Assembly: GCA_963751455.1 (NCBI GenBank) | Contig: CAVVUN010000009.1 | Coordinates: 1-64,000 of the forward strand | DNA: 64,000 bases | From: Nitrospirota bacterium | GTDB lineage: Bacteria > Nitrospirota > UBA9217 | Direction of reading: 5' to 3' | Part shown: positions 38,673 through 48,380 of the stretch, in pieces | Layout: each line of letters opens with the position of its first letter | How positions within the stretch are numbered: position 1 is the first letter of the stretch | Position numbers and translations under genes: made by a program | Notes under the pieces: model-generated | The model's database searches: none | Told to the model about the DNA's origin: nothing | What the model saw: only the letters and a program-made list of their open reading frames with translations

Positions 38673-39572
38673 ATGTCAGAAGAAAAGAACTTCAAATCCG
38701 GCTTCATCTCGATCATCGGCCGGCCGAATGTCGGCAAATCGACGCTCCTGAACACGCTTCTCGGTGAAAAAATAGCCATCATTTCCGACAAGCCGCAAAC
38801 TACACGTAACCGGATTCTGGGTGTGGTAAACATGCCCGGCATGCAGATGGTCTTCATGGACACACCCGGCATTCATAAACCCATGCACAAGATGAACGAG
38901 TTTATGGTCAAGACTGCGCTCTCCACGTACAACGAAGTCGACGTCATCCTGCTGCTTGTGGAGGCGACTGAAAAGCCCGGCGGCGGTGACAAATACATCA
39001 TTGAGACGCTGAAGCAGGTGAGGACCCCGGTTTTTCTCCTCATCAACAAGGTGGATCTCGTCGAAAAAGAAAGACTTCTGCCGCTCATCGGTGAATTCAA
39101 TACGCTTTATAACTTCGCTGAAATTATCCCGATTTCCGCGCTCCGGAATGACGTCGGCGGGCTGCTGGACGCGATCAGCAGGCGGCTGCCTGAGGGGCCG
39201 CAGTATTTTCCGGAAGACCAGCTGACCGATCAGCCCGAGAGGTTCATCGTATCCGAAATCATACGCGAGAAGGTTTTTGAGCTGACCAAGGAAGAGATCC
39301 CGTACTCCACGGCAGTAGCGATAGAGGAAATGAAGGAAGAGCCGGACATTACGAAGATCGAGGCGGTCATCTATGTCGAGCGCGAGTCGCAGAAGGGGAT
39401 ACTGATCGGCAAAGGCGGGACGATGCTGAAGAGAATCGGCACGCTTGCACGGGAAGACTCTGAAAAACTGCTCGGAACTAAAATATTTCTCAAACTCTGG
39501 GTCAAGGTGAAGAAAGGCTGGCGCGAGGACGAGAGGATGCTGAGGAACCTTGGACTCGTATCGGAAGAATGA
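38673..39572 (+). CDS. era: GTPase Era
   Basis: GRPNVGKSTL, QTTR, DTPG, NKVD, KH domain with IGKGG, L.LWVKV. Confidence 0.97.
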   Translation: MSEEKNFKSGFISIIGRPNVGKSTLLNTLLGEKIAIISDKPQTTRNRILGVVNMPGMQMVFMDTPGIHKPMHKMNEFMVKTALSTYNEVDVILLLVEATEKPGGGDKYIIETLKQVRTPVFLLINKVDLVEKERLLPLIGEFNTLYNFAEIIPISALRNDVGGLLDAISRRLPEGPQYFPEDQLTDQPERFIVSEIIREKVFELTKEEIPYSTAVAIEEMKEEPDITKIEAVIYVERESQKGILIGKGGTMLKRIGTLAREDSEKLLGTKIFLKLWVKVKKGWREDERMLRNLGLVSEE

Positions 39573-39578
39573 AACGTT

Positions 39579-39725
39579 TATCCGCAGATTACGCAGATTC
39601 TATAGATTTCAAAGAACAGCAAATTACAGGAGGGGTAATGCTTTTAAAGCCCTTAAGCTATCAGTCTGCGTCATCTGCTTGTGCCCGGCGTTTTGGCAAC
39701 AGCAGGGTACGAAATCTGCAGATAG
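39579..39725. repeat. CGCAGATT 9-mer palindromic insert at the era/dedA junction
   Basis: TATCCGCAGATTACGCAGATT ... TCTGCGTCATCTGC ... AAATCTGCAGATA. Confidence 0.7.
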
Positions 39726-39731
39726 AATTGG

Positions 39732-40349
39732 ATGGATAAAATCATGCATGAACTGGTGAACTGGCTGGTCCAGACCATAGGCGCTCTCGGATACCCGGGT
39801 ATCTTCCTTCTGATGGCCATGGAGAGCTCGGTCATCCCGATTCCGAGCGAACTGGTGATGCCGCCTGCCGGCTATCTCGCGCATGAGGGAAGGATGAACA
39901 TCTGGTTCGCCATTCTGAGCGGCACCGCGGGCAGCCTTGTTGGCGCGTACGCGAACTATTTTGCGGCCCATTATCTGGGACGGCCGCTTGTCCTGAAATA
40001 CGGCAAGTACGTCTGGATCACCGAAGAAAAATTCGGGAAGGTCGAAACGTTCTTCAGAGACCATGGAGAGATATCGACTTTTATCGGCCGGCTGCTTCCC
40101 GTAATCAGGCATCTGATCTCGCTGCCCGCAGGACTGGCGGGCATGAACCATCTGACGTTCTCGCTCTATACGCTGCTCGGCGCAGGGCTGTGGGTCACGA
40201 TTCTGACGTACATCGGCTATTTCATAGGCGCGAACCGCGAACTCATTATAAAGTACTCGAATCAGGCGCTGATCGGCGCAGTTGTATTCAGTATCGTCAT
40301 CATCGCGGTTTATGTGGGGCGCCACAGAAGAAAAAAAGAAATTATGTGA
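39732..40349 (+). CDS. DedA family membrane protein
   Basis: ESSVIPIPSELVMPPAG, FIGRLLPVIRHLISLPAG. Confidence 0.93.
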   Translation: MDKIMHELVNWLVQTIGALGYPGIFLLMAMESSVIPIPSELVMPPAGYLAHEGRMNIWFAILSGTAGSLVGAYANYFAAHYLGRPLVLKYGKYVWITEEKFGKVETFFRDHGEISTFIGRLLPVIRHLISLPAGLAGMNHLTFSLYTLLGAGLWVTILTYIGYFIGANRELIIKYSNQALIGAVVFSIVIIAVYVGRHRRKKEIM

Positions 40350-40355
40350 GACAAG

Positions 40356-40580
40356 TCAAGACCCGTTGCAGCCTTGCCTCCACGCCCGTCGCCTCTCGCT
40401 GTAGGGGCATTGATGTTCGCTGGTTTGATTTGTTGTCTTCCGTATCGGGTCAATGCCAACGAACACCCATCCGCTGCCCCGGCGAAACATCGCTATCTTG
40501 CCTGATTCGAGAGACTGATCAAGCAGCAAAGGCTTGATTAAATCGTATTTAAAATTCTGATACACTACGCGGATAAGCAT
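40356..40580 (-). CDS. GSU3473-like small protein
   Basis: MLIRVVY...D.I...LL..L..G.I..F.R..GWV..G.DPIR....Y.ERR pattern. Confidence 0.8.
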   Translation of the reverse strand: MLIRVVYQNFKYDLIKPLLLDQSLESGKIAMFRRGSGWVFVGIDPIRKTTNQTSEHQCPYSERRRAWRQGCNGS

Positions 40581-40657
40581 TTCAGCGCTCCATGGAAGTT
40601 ACGATCTTCTTAACCTTCAGGGGCAAAACAGGCTTGGCAATTTCTTCTCCAGGCCGC

Positions 40658-41407
40658 TTACTTCTTATGACAGGAGAGGCAAAGATTGCTGCCTCTGTCC
40701 ATGACCCATGTGAACTTCGAGCCTTCGTTCTGCGTATTGTGAACATCGTGGCAGGTCGTACATTCCATTCTGCCGTTCCAGAGAAGATCGTAAATCCTTA
40801 GCCCATACATATTATCACCGAGAAGAAGCGTGTCGGCAGGGTAGAGTTCACTGTTTACGTCGGCAACATCCTGGTAGACAAAGCCGACAGGGTGGTGATT
40901 TCGCAGGTCGCCGGTCCCTCCGCCGATCAGGATTCTGCCCGATGCCTTTGCGCCTTCAGTGTTACGCAGTGGTCTAGAGGGAATGAAGCCGTAGGCGCTG
41001 ATTCCTATGGAACCATCGTGACAGCTCAGGCAGAGCAAGGATGGGCCGTTTGGTTCGGTGGTGGGTTGCAAGTACAGTGAATTGTCATGAACCGAGCCCC
41101 AATAAGCGGTGCCGTTCGAATACATCGTAAATTCTGAAAGAGTGACCGAATGGTTCCAAAGAGGATAGTATGTGAGCCTTGCGAAGCCGGTAGTATCCTG
41201 CGCGGAATTGATTGCATGATGAGGAGCGTGGCAATAGATGCAGATCCGGTCCAGGTTGTCCCGGGTCCCTTCGAAATAGAAAGCCGACATTCCGCTGATG
41301 CTCAGATCATGTGATGTATGTTTAATACCCGATCCCGGCGTTACGTCTGCGCTTGCTGTAACAGCAAATGCCAACGCAAGTCCTAGTGCTGTGCCATATA
41401 TCTTCAT
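40658..41407 (-). CDS. Secreted tetraheme cytochrome c (doubled-CxxCH type)
   Basis: Signal peptide; CIYCH, CLSCH, CTTCH, CLSCH; HDLS, PLWNH, HHPVG. Confidence 0.9.
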   Translation of the reverse strand: MKIYGTALGLALAFAVTASADVTPGSGIKHTSHDLSISGMSAFYFEGTRDNLDRICIYCHAPHHAINSAQDTTGFARLTYYPLWNHSVTLSEFTMYSNGTAYWGSVHDNSLYLQPTTEPNGPSLLCLSCHDGSIGISAYGFIPSRPLRNTEGAKASGRILIGGGTGDLRNHHPVGFVYQDVADVNSELYPADTLLLGDNMYGLRIYDLLWNGRMECTTCHDVHNTQNEGSKFTWVMDRGSNLCLSCHKK

Positions 41408-41772
41408 TATCGTTCTCCTTTCCTGCAGGGTGACAAACAAGATGTGGTCAGTCAGAAGAGCGAAGTAAAAATTGTTTGGTTATCCTCCGTCTTTCCCTGA
41501 GAAAAACATTTTTCGAGTCTGTACCTAACAAAATCCTACCATCCTGTTTCCTGTTGTCAAATACTCGCGGCTTGAAGTCGCAGATAGTATGGATTAAAAA
41601 ACAGAGGAGACCCGGCGAGATTTGCCTTATGCTGCAAATTCTAATGAAAAGGGTGAAGAAGGGGAGGGCATACGGGAATGAGCTATTGTTGATCTAACAC
41701 TTGTATCGCAGAAAGAAAAGTATTAAGGATCTGCGAAGGGGAAAAAAGAAAGAAGAAGGCGGATCAAAATGC

Positions 41773-43560
41773 CTATTCAAATGTCTTTAGGAAAACAGCG
41801 ACAAGCTCGGGATCGAACTGAGTGCCGGCATGCCGCAAGAGTTCGCTTTTCGCCGATTCAACGGTGAGCCCGTTTCGATAGGACCGCTGGGAGGTCATCG
41901 CGTCCCAGGCATCGGCTATTTTTATTATTCGCGCCTTGTACGGTATTTCCGTGCCTTTGAGCCCCAGAGGATAGCCGGTCCCGTCGAAGTTTTCATGGTG
42001 GTGACGGAGTGCGGACAGCGCGGGTTTGAGAAAGCGGATCGGCTCCAGGATCTGAGCGCCCTTGTCCGGATGGCTCCTGATCTCGGCCTCCTCCCGTGCG
42101 TCAAGGGCTTCCTGTTTTTGAAGAATTTCCTTGCTGATGCCTATTTTGCCGATGTCATGCAGGGTGGCCGCAAATCGGAGATATTCTTTTTCCTGCCATC
42201 CAAGGTTCAGTGTGTCCGCCATTTTTGCGCAGATTTCCGCAACACGCTCGCTGTGGCCGCGGGTATATTGATCCTTCGCTTCGACGGCGTTCGACAGGGC
42301 CGAGACCGTCTGAAGGTACGACGCCTCCATATCTTCATATATCCGTCCGTTGAGGATGCCTGCGGATATGACCTCGGCCAGGAGTTGGAAAAATTGCTTG
42401 TTATCGTCGCTGTATTGGATCGCCTGGTCTGAGGCGAGGTACAAGACTCCGATGATCTGGTCCTTTGCCTGAAGGGGCATGGCGATCTCTGTTGCGGCCT
42501 CCATCGGTATGCTGAAGGGATTCTTTTCGCCCTTGCCGATGATCGTATACCCGGTCAACAGCGCCTTGGTGATCGTTTCGTTATCGGGTTTCAACGGTTG
42601 CCTCAGAGAACTCGCGTCAGAGAGGCCCGATACCATCCGCGGGCTGAGCACAGTGCCTGCAAAAAAACTGCATGAGGCGCAGGTCTTCATTTTGTCGTCG
42701 AAGCTATCATGCGGCTTATAATAATGCTTGCGGCAAACCGTACCAGACAACCTCCAGCAGTTCGTTTCGGTCTTGTATGCAGGACAGTTGTGGGCGGTGC
42801 AGTGAAAATAATCGAAACAGCGCTGCGCCACATATTCCTCGAGCAGCAGCACGACGCCGACTTTCAATTTTGTGATGTTCAACACGACTTTGAGCGATTC
42901 GGACAGGATCTGTTCGATCTGGAGCGTAGAAGTCGTAAGACGGGAGGCGTCGAGCAGCGTTGTCAGTTTGACGTTGCTTATCTTCAGTTCCTCACGGCTA
43001 ACGTTCAGTCTTTTGCTCAGGTAGCTGACGAAGTAGGCGGTAAATCCGATCGTACAGATGAAAGCCATGCCGTAGCTGCCGGTTACTGCGAGGTCGCTGA
43101 AAATCATCGGTTCATTGCGGAAAATTCCGATATGAGGAAGAATACCTGCATGCTTCAGTCCCATGACCGCGGTTGGAAACAGAGCGGCGAGTATGGTGAA
43201 ACCGAACGTGTATCGCTGCGGCAGCAAAATCCCGCTTATGATGATATGGAATATGAAAAAATAAATGAAGGGACTGTCACACCCGCCCGAGTAGTACATC
43301 GCGAATGCCAGCGTAATCTGATCGAGAAAAATCTGAGAAACCGCCTGCCTGAGAAAATTATCATTCTGATTCCTCAGTCGATGGCTGAAGTAAATGTTAT
43401 AGAGCGCTGCAAAACCGGTAATCCCGTACACGGGAACCAGTGAAAAAGACAGAAACGCAATGGCTCTCACCGCGTGTGTGACCACGAGGACACCCACAAT
43501 GCCGATCCATCGCAGTTTGACGAGCCATTCCAGTCTTTCCTTCAGCTCTTCGCTTGGCAT
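41773..43560 (-). CDS. Membrane HD-GYP phosphodiesterase with GAF and an inserted Cys-rich (two-CW-like) domain
   Basis: About 5-6 N-terminal TM helices; CFDYFHC....CPAY....CW..SGTVC...CASC; GHSERV, LHDIGKI, HHE.FDGTGYP. Confidence 0.9.
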   Translation of the reverse strand: MPSEELKERLEWLVKLRWIGIVGVLVVTHAVRAIAFLSFSLVPVYGITGFAALYNIYFSHRLRNQNDNFLRQAVSQIFLDQITLAFAMYYSGGCDSPFIYFFIFHIIISGILLPQRYTFGFTILAALFPTAVMGLKHAGILPHIGIFRNEPMIFSDLAVTGSYGMAFICTIGFTAYFVSYLSKRLNVSREELKISNVKLTTLLDASRLTTSTLQIEQILSESLKVVLNITKLKVGVVLLLEEYVAQRCFDYFHCTAHNCPAYKTETNCWRLSGTVCRKHYYKPHDSFDDKMKTCASCSFFAGTVLSPRMVSGLSDASSLRQPLKPDNETITKALLTGYTIIGKGEKNPFSIPMEAATEIAMPLQAKDQIIGVLYLASDQAIQYSDDNKQFFQLLAEVISAGILNGRIYEDMEASYLQTVSALSNAVEAKDQYTRGHSERVAEICAKMADTLNLGWQEKEYLRFAATLHDIGKIGISKEILQKQEALDAREEAEIRSHPDKGAQILEPIRFLKPALSALRHHHENFDGTGYPLGLKGTEIPYKARIIKIADAWDAMTSQRSYRNGLTVESAKSELLRHAGTQFDPELVAVFLKTFE

Positions 43561-43661
43561 ACTGTTCTCTCTACACTTTTCGAATCGATGTTTCTAAAAA
43601 TCGAAAGAAATTGAGGTCCCGAAATAATCAGGTTATATGGATAAACCTGAAAAAAGCAGTT

Positions 43662-43792
43662 GGACACGGATAAAATCTGATCAACACGGATTTATAGGAA
43701 GTTACGAACAGTAATGGATTCACCCAAAAGGCGAGATGGCTTTTTGCTCTATCACATTGTTTTGATCCGCTGTTTCCGTGTTCATCCGTGTT
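43662..43792. repeat. CACGGAT 9-mer palindromic insert
   Basis: GGACACGGATAAAATCTGATCAACACGGAT ... TGATCCGCTGTTTCCGTGTTCATCCGTGTT. Confidence 0.75.
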
Positions 43793-44024
43793 CAAATGCC
43801 GTTTTTAGGATAAAATAGTCGCGCGCACGGCGCGAGTACCGGCATTATGAAAGCGCAGGCGCAAGACGGCAACTACGACGCCCAGTTCGGAGATTACAGG
43901 AAGTCTCAATAAATTGCAAGGGCTAAGCTGTATTGTGCCGGCAGTCTGTTGAAAGAGAATTAGCAGTCTTTGCGAGCATAGCGAATTATCTAGGTTTAAC
44001 AAATCAGTCGCTTCGCGATTGCAA

Positions 44025-44079
44025 TACCCCGAAAATACCCCATTAATTTTCTTGCAACGATGTGTCTATTTATTGTACT
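44025..44079 (+). promoter_or_regulatory. TACCC direct-repeat site plus promoter (copy A)
   Basis: TACCCCGAAAATACCCC, then TTGCAA-16-TGTACT. Confidence 0.5.
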
Positions 44080-44230
44080 CTCTAAACGGGAGCGGGTACT
44101 TTTTACGATAGATTTATTGTGGCTGCAGGCGTATCCCTGATCTCTTTTTCCCCTGATTTTATTTTGAGTTTATCGGTTCTCCCGATAGACCGGCTTTCTG
44201 AGTGTCTTGTTTATTAAATCAATAAACATT

Positions 44231-45973
44231 ATGTTTACTTTTATTAAAAAGAAACTTGAGTTAAAGATCATCATGGCCGTCACGGTCGTAATTGGCTGCA
44301 TGATCGGAATCTTTGCGTACGTCGACATCCGTGACGTGCGGTTGGATTCCATCCGTACATCCGAACGGACACTGGGCGCGTTTGCTGAAGCGATCAAGGG
44401 CAGCGTGGTCGCGTCCATGAAAAAAGGACATCATGAAGACGTCCGCATGGTGCTCAAGGAAGTCAATACTCCGTACTTCATTGAGCGCGTCATGATCTAT
44501 GACGAAACCGGAAGGCCCCGGGACGGCATCGAAAAGCTCCACGACCAGGGGGGCCTGGATATGAGCCTTCCCCCGGGCGTTTTTGACAGCGTGGTCAACG
44601 GTGATTTGACTGACGTCACCAAGCAGGGCGACGGGCACTTCATATCATATTATTCTCCAATCAGGAACCGGAAGGAATGTGTTCGCTGCCATTATAAGAA
44701 CCCGCGTCTGAACGGCATCCTGCGCGTAGATTTCTCGCTGCGCGACCTTGATGATATTGTCATTGGACGGAGAAACCGGGTCCTTATTCGGAGCGTGCTC
44801 CTGATCGTACTCATGACCCTCGTTCTCGTTGCCCTGATGAGGAGAGTCATTTACCGCCCGGTCAAGGAACTTCGGGACGCAATGGTGAACGTCAGGGAGG
44901 GGCTGCCCCCGCTTGCACTGTCGACCACGGGCGAAGACGAACTGGCAGACCTCAAGAAGAGCTTCGTAAGCATGCTCGATCGGATTAACGGGCTTCACCG
45001 GACGAACCTCGAAAAGGAGAAGGAAATCGCGCGCAATCAGGAGGAGATGCGCTTCCGTGAGGAGCTCAGGACAATGTTCGACGCGATGCCGGACGGTGTG
45101 CTGCTGGTCGACAGAGACTTGAAAATCATTCAGAGCAATCCCCGGTTCTACGCGCTGGTACCTCCAGTGGAACCGGTCGGAGGACAAATCAAACCCGATT
45201 GTCTCCGGAAGGACTGCTGTCCTTTTCAAGGCATAGAACGGGCTCTGAAAGACGGTACGATAATTGAGACGCAGTGCACTTTCACCATGCCCGGCAAGGA
45301 GGCGCGTAACCTTCACAGCATCTGTGCGCCGATCGTGGAGGTTGGTCGTGTAGAATATATCGTCGTGGTCATTCGAGACATCACGGAGCGGATAAGGACG
45401 GAGCGGGAACTGGAAGAAAGGACGGCGCAGCTCATAGCAGCAAACCGGCTGCTTTCCCAGATCGCAGCCACCGACAGCCTGACCCAGGTCCACACTCGCC
45501 GTTATTTCGACGAGATCCTGAACAAGGAGATCAAGCGTTTTAACCGGCGAAAATATTCTCATCTTTCGCTCATGATGATCGACATCGACCATTTCAAACA
45601 ACTGAACGACCGTTACGGACATCTGGCGGGTGATACCGTCCTTCGGGAGATGGGCGCAGCGCTCAGGGAAAGCGTAAGGGAAACCGACACTGTTGCACGT
45701 TACGGCGGAGAGGAGTTTGCCGTCATCATGCCGGACACGCTTCTTGAAGGCGCGAAGTATCGGGCAGAGGCGCTCAGAAATAAAATAGAAACAAACACAT
45801 TCCCGGGCATGGACCAACCTATAACTGCGACCATCAGCATCGGTGTGGCTACGTATGTCGCCGGTCCCGCGGAGAATCTTGTCAGGCTCGCGGACGAGGC
45901 GCTCTACCAGGCAAAGAAGTCGGGCAGAAACAAGGTCGTTGTCAGCCCGCTCGAGACGGTGGATAAAGAGTAA
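44231..45973 (+). CDS. Diguanylate cyclase with periplasmic heme-c sensor, HAMP and PAS
   Basis: TM-CVRCH-TM; HAMP (EDELADL); PAS (FDAMPDGV); DIDHFK, I-site RETD, GGEEF. Confidence 0.93.
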   Translation: MFTFIKKKLELKIIMAVTVVIGCMIGIFAYVDIRDVRLDSIRTSERTLGAFAEAIKGSVVASMKKGHHEDVRMVLKEVNTPYFIERVMIYDETGRPRDGIEKLHDQGGLDMSLPPGVFDSVVNGDLTDVTKQGDGHFISYYSPIRNRKECVRCHYKNPRLNGILRVDFSLRDLDDIVIGRRNRVLIRSVLLIVLMTLVLVALMRRVIYRPVKELRDAMVNVREGLPPLALSTTGEDELADLKKSFVSMLDRINGLHRTNLEKEKEIARNQEEMRFREELRTMFDAMPDGVLLVDRDLKIIQSNPRFYALVPPVEPVGGQIKPDCLRKDCCPFQGIERALKDGTIIETQCTFTMPGKEARNLHSICAPIVEVGRVEYIVVVIRDITERIRTERELEERTAQLIAANRLLSQIAATDSLTQVHTRRYFDEILNKEIKRFNRRKYSHLSLMMIDIDHFKQLNDRYGHLAGDTVLREMGAALRESVRETDTVARYGGEEFAVIMPDTLLEGAKYRAEALRNKIETNTFPGMDQPITATISIGVATYVAGPAENLVRLADEALYQAKKSGRNKVVVSPLETVDKE

Positions 45974-46080
45974 GCAGGAATTAACAGCAGGATGATTTGA
46001 CGTTGGCTTCAAATACCTCGCTATCAGCCCCTCATGCCGGTTCGGCAATCAAGAAAGTGGAATATCAAGCGAGTGATCCT

Positions 46081-46983
46081 TCACGCAGCCTTCTTTCGCT
46101 GTCTCTTCTTTAATCCTCTCAAATCGTTTTGCCTCATTGAGTGATAGGCTTCCCAGGCGTTCAGTAAAGGGGGTGCGAAAGAGCACGGGCTTCGTCTTGA
46201 AGTGTCTGTGAGTGCGGTTTTTATGTCCCGGGCAGTCGATCGCGGCAATACGGACCACAAGAGAGCTATAGCGCCGGTAACGAAAGGGACCGCGGTGCTC
46301 GTGCCGCAGAATTTCGCTGACTGACCGTTGCTTCCCAGGCTCGTTATTTTCTCCCCGGGCCCTCGCAGCCCGTTTCTACGGATTGAGTTCGCGATGTTCG
46401 AGTAAGCCGCAGGCCTGCCCCGCAGGTCGCAGGCAGCAACCGGTAAAACCCAGGGATGACGGGTAAGGGCCGAGCCGCTGATAATCCCCTGGTTGCCCGC
46501 AGCAGCAACTACGAGCACAGCTTTTTGAGCGGCAAAGTCAAGCGCGTCTTTAAGTTTACGGTCGCCCTCCGGTGAAGGTTCCTCCAGAGCTACACTCAAA
46601 TTCAGCACACGGGCGCCTTCCTGAATGCACTCGAAGATTGCGGATGCAAGCTCGACTGGAGTCGCTCCCGGCACTTCATCGGTACCCCGTGCGGGTTGTT
46701 CAAAAAAGACAGGCCGAATGAGAAGCGTGCAGCCGGGGCAGAGTGCGGGAGCTCTTGAGCTTCTTTTAGCTTTTAAAATACCGGCGATAAAAGTCCCATG
46801 CCTGCAGGCGGCATCGTCCGTGTCATTGCACGAAGCTCCTTCAGGGATAGTGCGGAGGTTTTCAGGATTAAGCTCCGGATGAGCTGTTGCAACCGGTCCG
46901 TCGATAAGCCCGATGACGACCTCCGGAATACCGCATGTCCGCTGCATCAACGGCGAAAGCCCGGTCAAGTTCAGTGCATTCAT
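46081..46983 (-). CDS. S8 subtilisin-like protease, PatA/PatG protease-domain type, no signal peptide
   Basis: Catalytic triad motifs IGLIDGPV, HGTFIAGIL and GTSTAVPFVTG; AAAGNQG; G.PEV.IG.IDGPV...HP.L N-terminus. Confidence 0.85.
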   Translation of the reverse strand: MNALNLTGLSPLMQRTCGIPEVVIGLIDGPVATAHPELNPENLRTIPEGASCNDTDDAACRHGTFIAGILKAKRSSRAPALCPGCTLLIRPVFFEQPARGTDEVPGATPVELASAIFECIQEGARVLNLSVALEEPSPEGDRKLKDALDFAAQKAVLVVAAAGNQGIISGSALTRHPWVLPVAACDLRGRPAAYSNIANSIRRNGLRGPGEKITSLGSNGQSAKFCGTSTAVPFVTGAIALLWSVLPRSTARDIKTALTDTSRRSPCSFAPPLLNAWEAYHSMRQNDLRGLKKRQRKKAA

Positions 46984-47339
46984 ACGAATCCTGCCTTGAT
47001 TCCCGTCTCTGCGGTCATTGATCCCCGCCGCACGACTTGCACCCAGCGCATACGAGTGCGCAGCGCGAGTGCAGGGCGTTCTCAGTGCGATGGTCCACAA
47101 ACGGTCTAGTCGGTCCTTACTCAGCGAGACGGCACGATAATGAGGCCCTTGATTCCCGTCGACCGTGTCTAAACGCGATGGTACGACAACGGGGCTTGGT
47201 ATTGTGCGAATCGGGAGTGCATGGGTTACACAGAGTCATCGTATCCGAATCACACAGTACGGAAGTGACATGAAGACAATATTTCATGGATGTTCTGAAT
47301 ATAGCGCTGATCAACTCTAACAAGAGCCGTCTTCGGCAG

Positions 47340-47417
47340 TACCCTAAAAATACCCCGATTTTTTCCTTTATCTCACCATCTGAATTCGTTATACTTTGGT
47401 TGCATTTCCCGATTTCC
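47340..47417 (+). promoter_or_regulatory. TACCC direct-repeat site plus promoter (copy B), upstream of the A2M operon
   Basis: TACCCTAAAAATACCCCG...TTTATC-17-TATACT TTGGTTG; about 75-bp similarity to 63606-63687. Confidence 0.65.
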
Positions 47418-47501
47418 TTTTCTTCTGCTCTTGCCGTTAGCGCGTAAATAAGACTTATCTGAAACAAATATAGTTCCTGGATTTTACTCTTGGGCGCTCT
47501 C

Positions 47502-48155
47502 ATGCACCTTCTTTCAATACGGGTATTAATCGCTATCTTGATTATGTTATGTCCGTTCAGCCTTCGAGCAGAGGTGCGACCTTTGCCCGCTGATTGCACT
47601 TATGTTTTGCAGACCTGGAACGTGAACTCGAAGGCCAGCGTTAAGAGTCAAAAAGTGCGTCATCCCTATAAGGAGCTTACACCGGCTGAAATTGAACCCT
47701 TAACCGGATGTACGATCTGCAGCGAGGACCAGGAAACTATAAGCATACCGCCGCTTCCGCCTTTTTCCGTTTGTTTTAAACTGGCACCGAAAATACGGTC
47801 ATTGGCGGAGTATCTGGTCAAAAAGGGCGAACCACTTCAAACCGTGGTGGCGTATCACGTCATTAAATCACGAGGCCCGGTTGATGTAACAGGGAACAGG
47901 ACTGAGTTCAGCAACCATTCATTCGGAACAGCCATAGATATCAATCCAGAGCTGAACGGCCTGTACGATAACTGCATCAAGTTTGGCCCGGAATGCCGGT
48001 TGATCAGGGGCGGGGAGTGGCGTCCGGGCGTGCCCGGCACGCTCGAAAAAAACGGCGACATTGTCACGATGTTCAAGCAGGCGGGTTTTTTGTGGGGCGG
48101 CGAGATTGCAGGCAAGCAGAAGGACTTCATGCATTTTTCACTGACGGGGTATTAA
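47502..48155 (+). CDS. M15-family (VanY/D,D- or L,D-type) zinc peptidoglycan peptidase, secreted
   Basis: Signal peptide; SNHSFGTAIDIN (SxHxxGxAxD), WGG, DFMHF. Confidence 0.85.
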   Translation: MHLLSIRVLIAILIMLCPFSLRAEVRPLPADCTYVLQTWNVNSKASVKSQKVRHPYKELTPAEIEPLTGCTICSEDQETISIPPLPPFSVCFKLAPKIRSLAEYLVKKGEPLQTVVAYHVIKSRGPVDVTGNRTEFSNHSFGTAIDINPELNGLYDNCIKFGPECRLIRGGEWRPGVPGTLEKNGDIVTMFKQAGFLWGGEIAGKQKDFMHFSLTGY

Positions 48156-48380
48156 CGAGTAAAGAAATTTATGAGGATCGCGTTGTATCGTTACTGAGAA
48201 GTCATTTATTTCGGAGGTAGACTTGTGAAGGCTATAGTTGCTCTGTTCAAAGCACTGCTCGGCACTCTTTCAAAGCTTTTCGGTTCGTTCTCCTGGTCTC
48301 CTCCTCCTTGGTTCCAGTTTCCTATGAATCTCTCCTCGTTAAATTTTTCATTTATTGATATATTTTCCGCACCAGGGAGG

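Noticed and set aside
41560-41640. Possible c-di-GMP-I riboswitch upstream of the tetraheme cytochrome (GGCAAA on the minus strand)
   Set aside because: Lacks the GNRA-capped stem and the following GCAAA/receptor elements.
44645-46048. Long antisense or alternative-frame ORFs (for example 44645-46048 -, 30300-31682 -, 6935-7990 -)
   Set aside because: Shadows of well-supported genes in GC-rich DNA, with no motifs of their own.
47117-47239. Short Cys-containing minus-strand ORF (MTLCNPCTPDSH...) as precursor for the PatA-like protease
   Set aside because: No RBS, leader or recognition repeats, and it overlaps the dispersed repeat element; likely spurious.
47314-47443. attC-like CTCTAAC...GTTAGCG pairing
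   Set aside because: The interior is not palindromic and is explained by the shared promoter motif; no integrase or cassette array is present.
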